A stretch of DNA of 49,960 bases, filler included, from Catajapyx aquilonaris (lineage: Eukaryota), in assembly GCA_000934665.2 (NCBI GenBank). It is 3 parts of 3 records of this genome, joined end to end, with 100 filler letters (N's around TTAATTAATTAA, not from the genome) between each part and the next. Parts side by side here need not be neighbours in the genome. Positions count along the whole stretch, not along the records: positions 33,399 to 49,960 come from JYFJ02007158.1; 2 more parts are not named here. One strand, 5' to 3'. The notes beneath the pieces are model-generated. The model ran no database searches. It had not been told where the DNA came from and saw nothing but the letters and a program-made list of their open reading frames with translations. Made by a program: the position numbers and the translations under genes. How positions within the stretch are numbered: position 1 is the first letter of the stretch; the number at the start of each line of letters is the position of its first letter. This document shows, in pieces, positions 47,432 to 49,960 of the stretch.

Positions 47432-47977
47432 GGGGGTGGGTGGGGAGTGACCTAACCTGAGTCTTCTACAGCCATGACTATGAGTTAGAGGATGGCGTGC
47501 TAAGCGTTGAGCCTGTGGCTCTGCATCATGTTGGCTTGCTTGACATAGTTGGGCTGGTTCTCGCAGAATGCGGACTCAATGAGCTGCAGTGTCTGCCTGA
47601 CGAATTCTGTCGAGGGACTCCTGACTTTGCTTTGCTAGCCATCTAGCCTTGCGTGCATTAGCCATCGCTTTCTTGGGATCCTCATCCTCGTCCATTGTGC
47701 GGGTTGTGAGGACGTAAGGCACTGACCACCGACAGAACTGAAGCGACCCTACTCTCCGCTATGGAGTGAGCCACTGACACACCCACTAAGCAAACCCCNC
47801 CCCTCCCGCCCGCCGGTCCCCTACTCAGCCACCCATCCCCCCAGCCTGATGATTTAGTGGAGTGACCAGTGGCAGCATGCACTCACCAAGGCCCCCTACC
47901 TCCCTCCGCCCCACCCACCAGAGCGTTCCAGACCAACGAGATGGAATAGGGTAGAGACAGGGCCACCTGGTAGAGAC

Positions 47978-48490
47978 AAACGTCTCCCCGGGACCCTGAG
48001 CACTAGCACCTCGCCTGCGCGCCTGCGCTATTGTGCGACTCGGTATCTTTGCCTTTTCGCGTGACTGACAATACTTCCTGCAGGATACTGTACGGCACTA
48101 AATAAATTCCTGGATAAAAATAAGGAGGAACGGAGTGAAAAAAAAGACACAGAAGAAAAGACGACGAAAAAAAGGGAGGGGAAAAAAAGAAGCCTCAGCC
48201 GGACGCGAACCTGCAGCCTTCTGATCTATAGGCCAGCGCGCTATCCATTCCGCTACGGCAGCTTCTTCCGACGGGGATTCTTATACTGCTCAGGCCGCCG
48301 TTTGTTATTTGGATTAATTTGGATTAATTTTAACTGCTTGATGTGGGCAGGGGGTAGGGGTACGATGTACTAACCCAACCTAACCTAACCTTCACTCGTT
48401 GCGGATACAACCCCTGTGCTCTGTGCGCTGCCCGCACGATGGCGCGCAGGCGAGGTGCTAGTGCTCAGGGTCGGCTGTGGGGAGACGTTT
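47978..48490. mobile_element. Inverted-repeat element enclosing a tRNA-like sequence and TAACC repeats
   Basis: 32-bp arms GACCCTGAGCACTAGCACCTCGCCTGCGCGCC / reverse complement at 48441-48472, outer AAACGTCTCCCC / GGGGAGACGTTT; minus-strand tRNA-like 48192-48262; TAACCCAACCTAACCTAACC at 48371. Confidence 0.75.
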
Positions 48491-48492
48491 TT

Positions 48493-48799
48493 GGGTAGAG
48501 GCCGTAAAGGTCACGTGATCTTTGGCGGCCATGTCACTTCACGGCAAGAACATGCGCTCATTTGAAATTGCCGTATTTCTAACCCTGTTCTCCTCTGTCT
48601 ACACTCCTGCATCCTGGCGGGGGGTGGGAATAAATAAAAACGTCCCCTGACAGGCTTTTCTTCCTAGTCCCGCCAGGAGGCAGGAGAGGAGAACAGGGTT
48701 AGCGATACTACAATTTCAAAGTTCTTGCCGTGAAGTGGCATGGCCGCCCGATGGCCGCCATTTTGCTTCAAAAATGTCCGACCTTTACGGCCTCTACCC
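48493..48799. mobile_element. MITE with 20-bp terminal inverted repeats
   Basis: GGGTAGAGGCCGTAAAGGTC / GACCTTTACGGCCTCTACCC, with further internal inverted segments. Confidence 0.8.
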
Positions 48800-48850
48800 T
48801 ATTCTATCTCGTTGGTTCCAGACAGAGGGAAGAAAAAAATAAGGCGATTA

Positions 48851-49161
48851 TAATAATAATAATAATAATAATAATATACCCCGTGATAGAGCCATTGGCT
48901 CTCTTAGGGGGGGAGCTCATCCCAATTTTTTTTTGTCAGGAACTCTTTGCTTTTTACTTTTTGCTTCGCTTTTTGGGAAGGGATAGGGATGGAAGGAAGT
49001 GGCTGTGGCCTGTTAATTACGGAAACAACTCCGGAATTTTCCTGGAGGGACCGTGGGAAACCACAGAAAACCACGGTCAGAGTTGCCGGCCCCGGGATTT
49101 GATCCCAGGACCTCCCGATTAGCAGTCTGGCTCCTTAACCCCTACACCAACCTGCTTCGGT
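48851..49161 (-). mobile_element. tRNA-derived SINE with (TAT)n tail
   Basis: Head ACCGAAGCAGGTTGGTGTAG...GGATCAAATCCC, shared 3' stem-loop tail, TSD ATAAGGCGATTA. Confidence 0.85.
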
Positions 49162-49960
49162 ATAAGGCGATTATTATAGGGGAATGTTCATCTCAGGTTT
49201 AAAAAATGATGAAAATAGTAAAAATTTATTAAAGATATACTGTACTATGTAGAGATATGATGGAGACCCGCAGGTGTGACCATTCAGTACATGACCTCAG
49301 TTGACAATGTCATTATTTTGTTTCCCTTGTCTAAAGCAGCATCCAATGTGTCCTTAAATGTAGTCATCATAATAATGATAATATCTGATAATGTAAGCAA
49401 TAACCTGCTCCATTTTGCAACAATCCCATTATACAAAGATGAAACAGAAAACACTATGTCTCTTTCTAGCTGGCTTTATTTAAAACCAAAAATGTCACTC
49501 TCATTGCTCCTAACGATTTAATTAAAGTGACATGATATGTGTTCGTAGTCTTCTTGGAGTTCTTGCTCCTGAAAATAATGAAAATAAAATTTGTAGTTTT
49601 ACTGAGTTTTAGCAACAAGTTCCTAAGGGTCATCAGAATGTAAGCCAGCACGCTTCTGGAAATTTAGTAATATTATCAAGAATCTCTTTACCAATAGTTT
49701 TTGCTCCAGTTCCTCCAGGGTGTAAGTGGCAGCAGAGTCGGGAGCTGGAGGGTGTAAGTCTAGTTCCGGGATGTCAATTTGTGGATAATCCGGGACTGAA
49801 GTCGAAGACAGGGAATTCTGTTAAAAAAGCGCATGTTGTGCAAATGTGTCAACTCATGAACAAGTAAGGAACTATACACCCTGAAAAATATACCAAATAC
49901 CCAAGGGTTCGCATATATCTCCAAACCCGTCATTTTCAAGACCACATTGCCCCCCCCCCC

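Noticed and set aside
48192..48262. tRNA gene (also the heads near 24400, 25500, 27060, 29130 and 49120)
   Set aside because: A/B boxes are present, but I could not see complete cloverleafs and all lie inside repeats with tails, TSDs or TIRs.

Overview
Eukaryotic, intron-containing, repeat-rich DNA, probably from an arthropod (inferred from painless/pyrexia-type TRPA motifs, TTAGG-like tracts and SINE/MITE types). It is not one locus: two 100-nt N44-TTAATTAATTAA-N44 linkers join three pieces of about 16.6 kb each (1-16596, 16697-33298, 33399-49960). Piece 1 holds two convergent paralogous C2H2 zinc-finger genes (7 fingers; 1+21 fingers in a minisatellite-like array) with fossil fingers behind their stops, plus a young pol-less LTR element in an intron. 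Piece 2 holds a SWIM/Mutator-like remnant, a divergent MRG15-family chromo-barrel gene with no visible MRG domain, and nested SINEs, mariner remnants and foldback MITEs. Piece 3 holds a 6-exon PHAX gene broken by a nonsense codon and a 14-bp duplication, an RNF14-like gene truncated in RING1, a decayed TRPA channel, a Helitron helicase 3' end and more MITEs/SINEs. All calls come from reading the sequence and from remembered family motifs; no searches were run.
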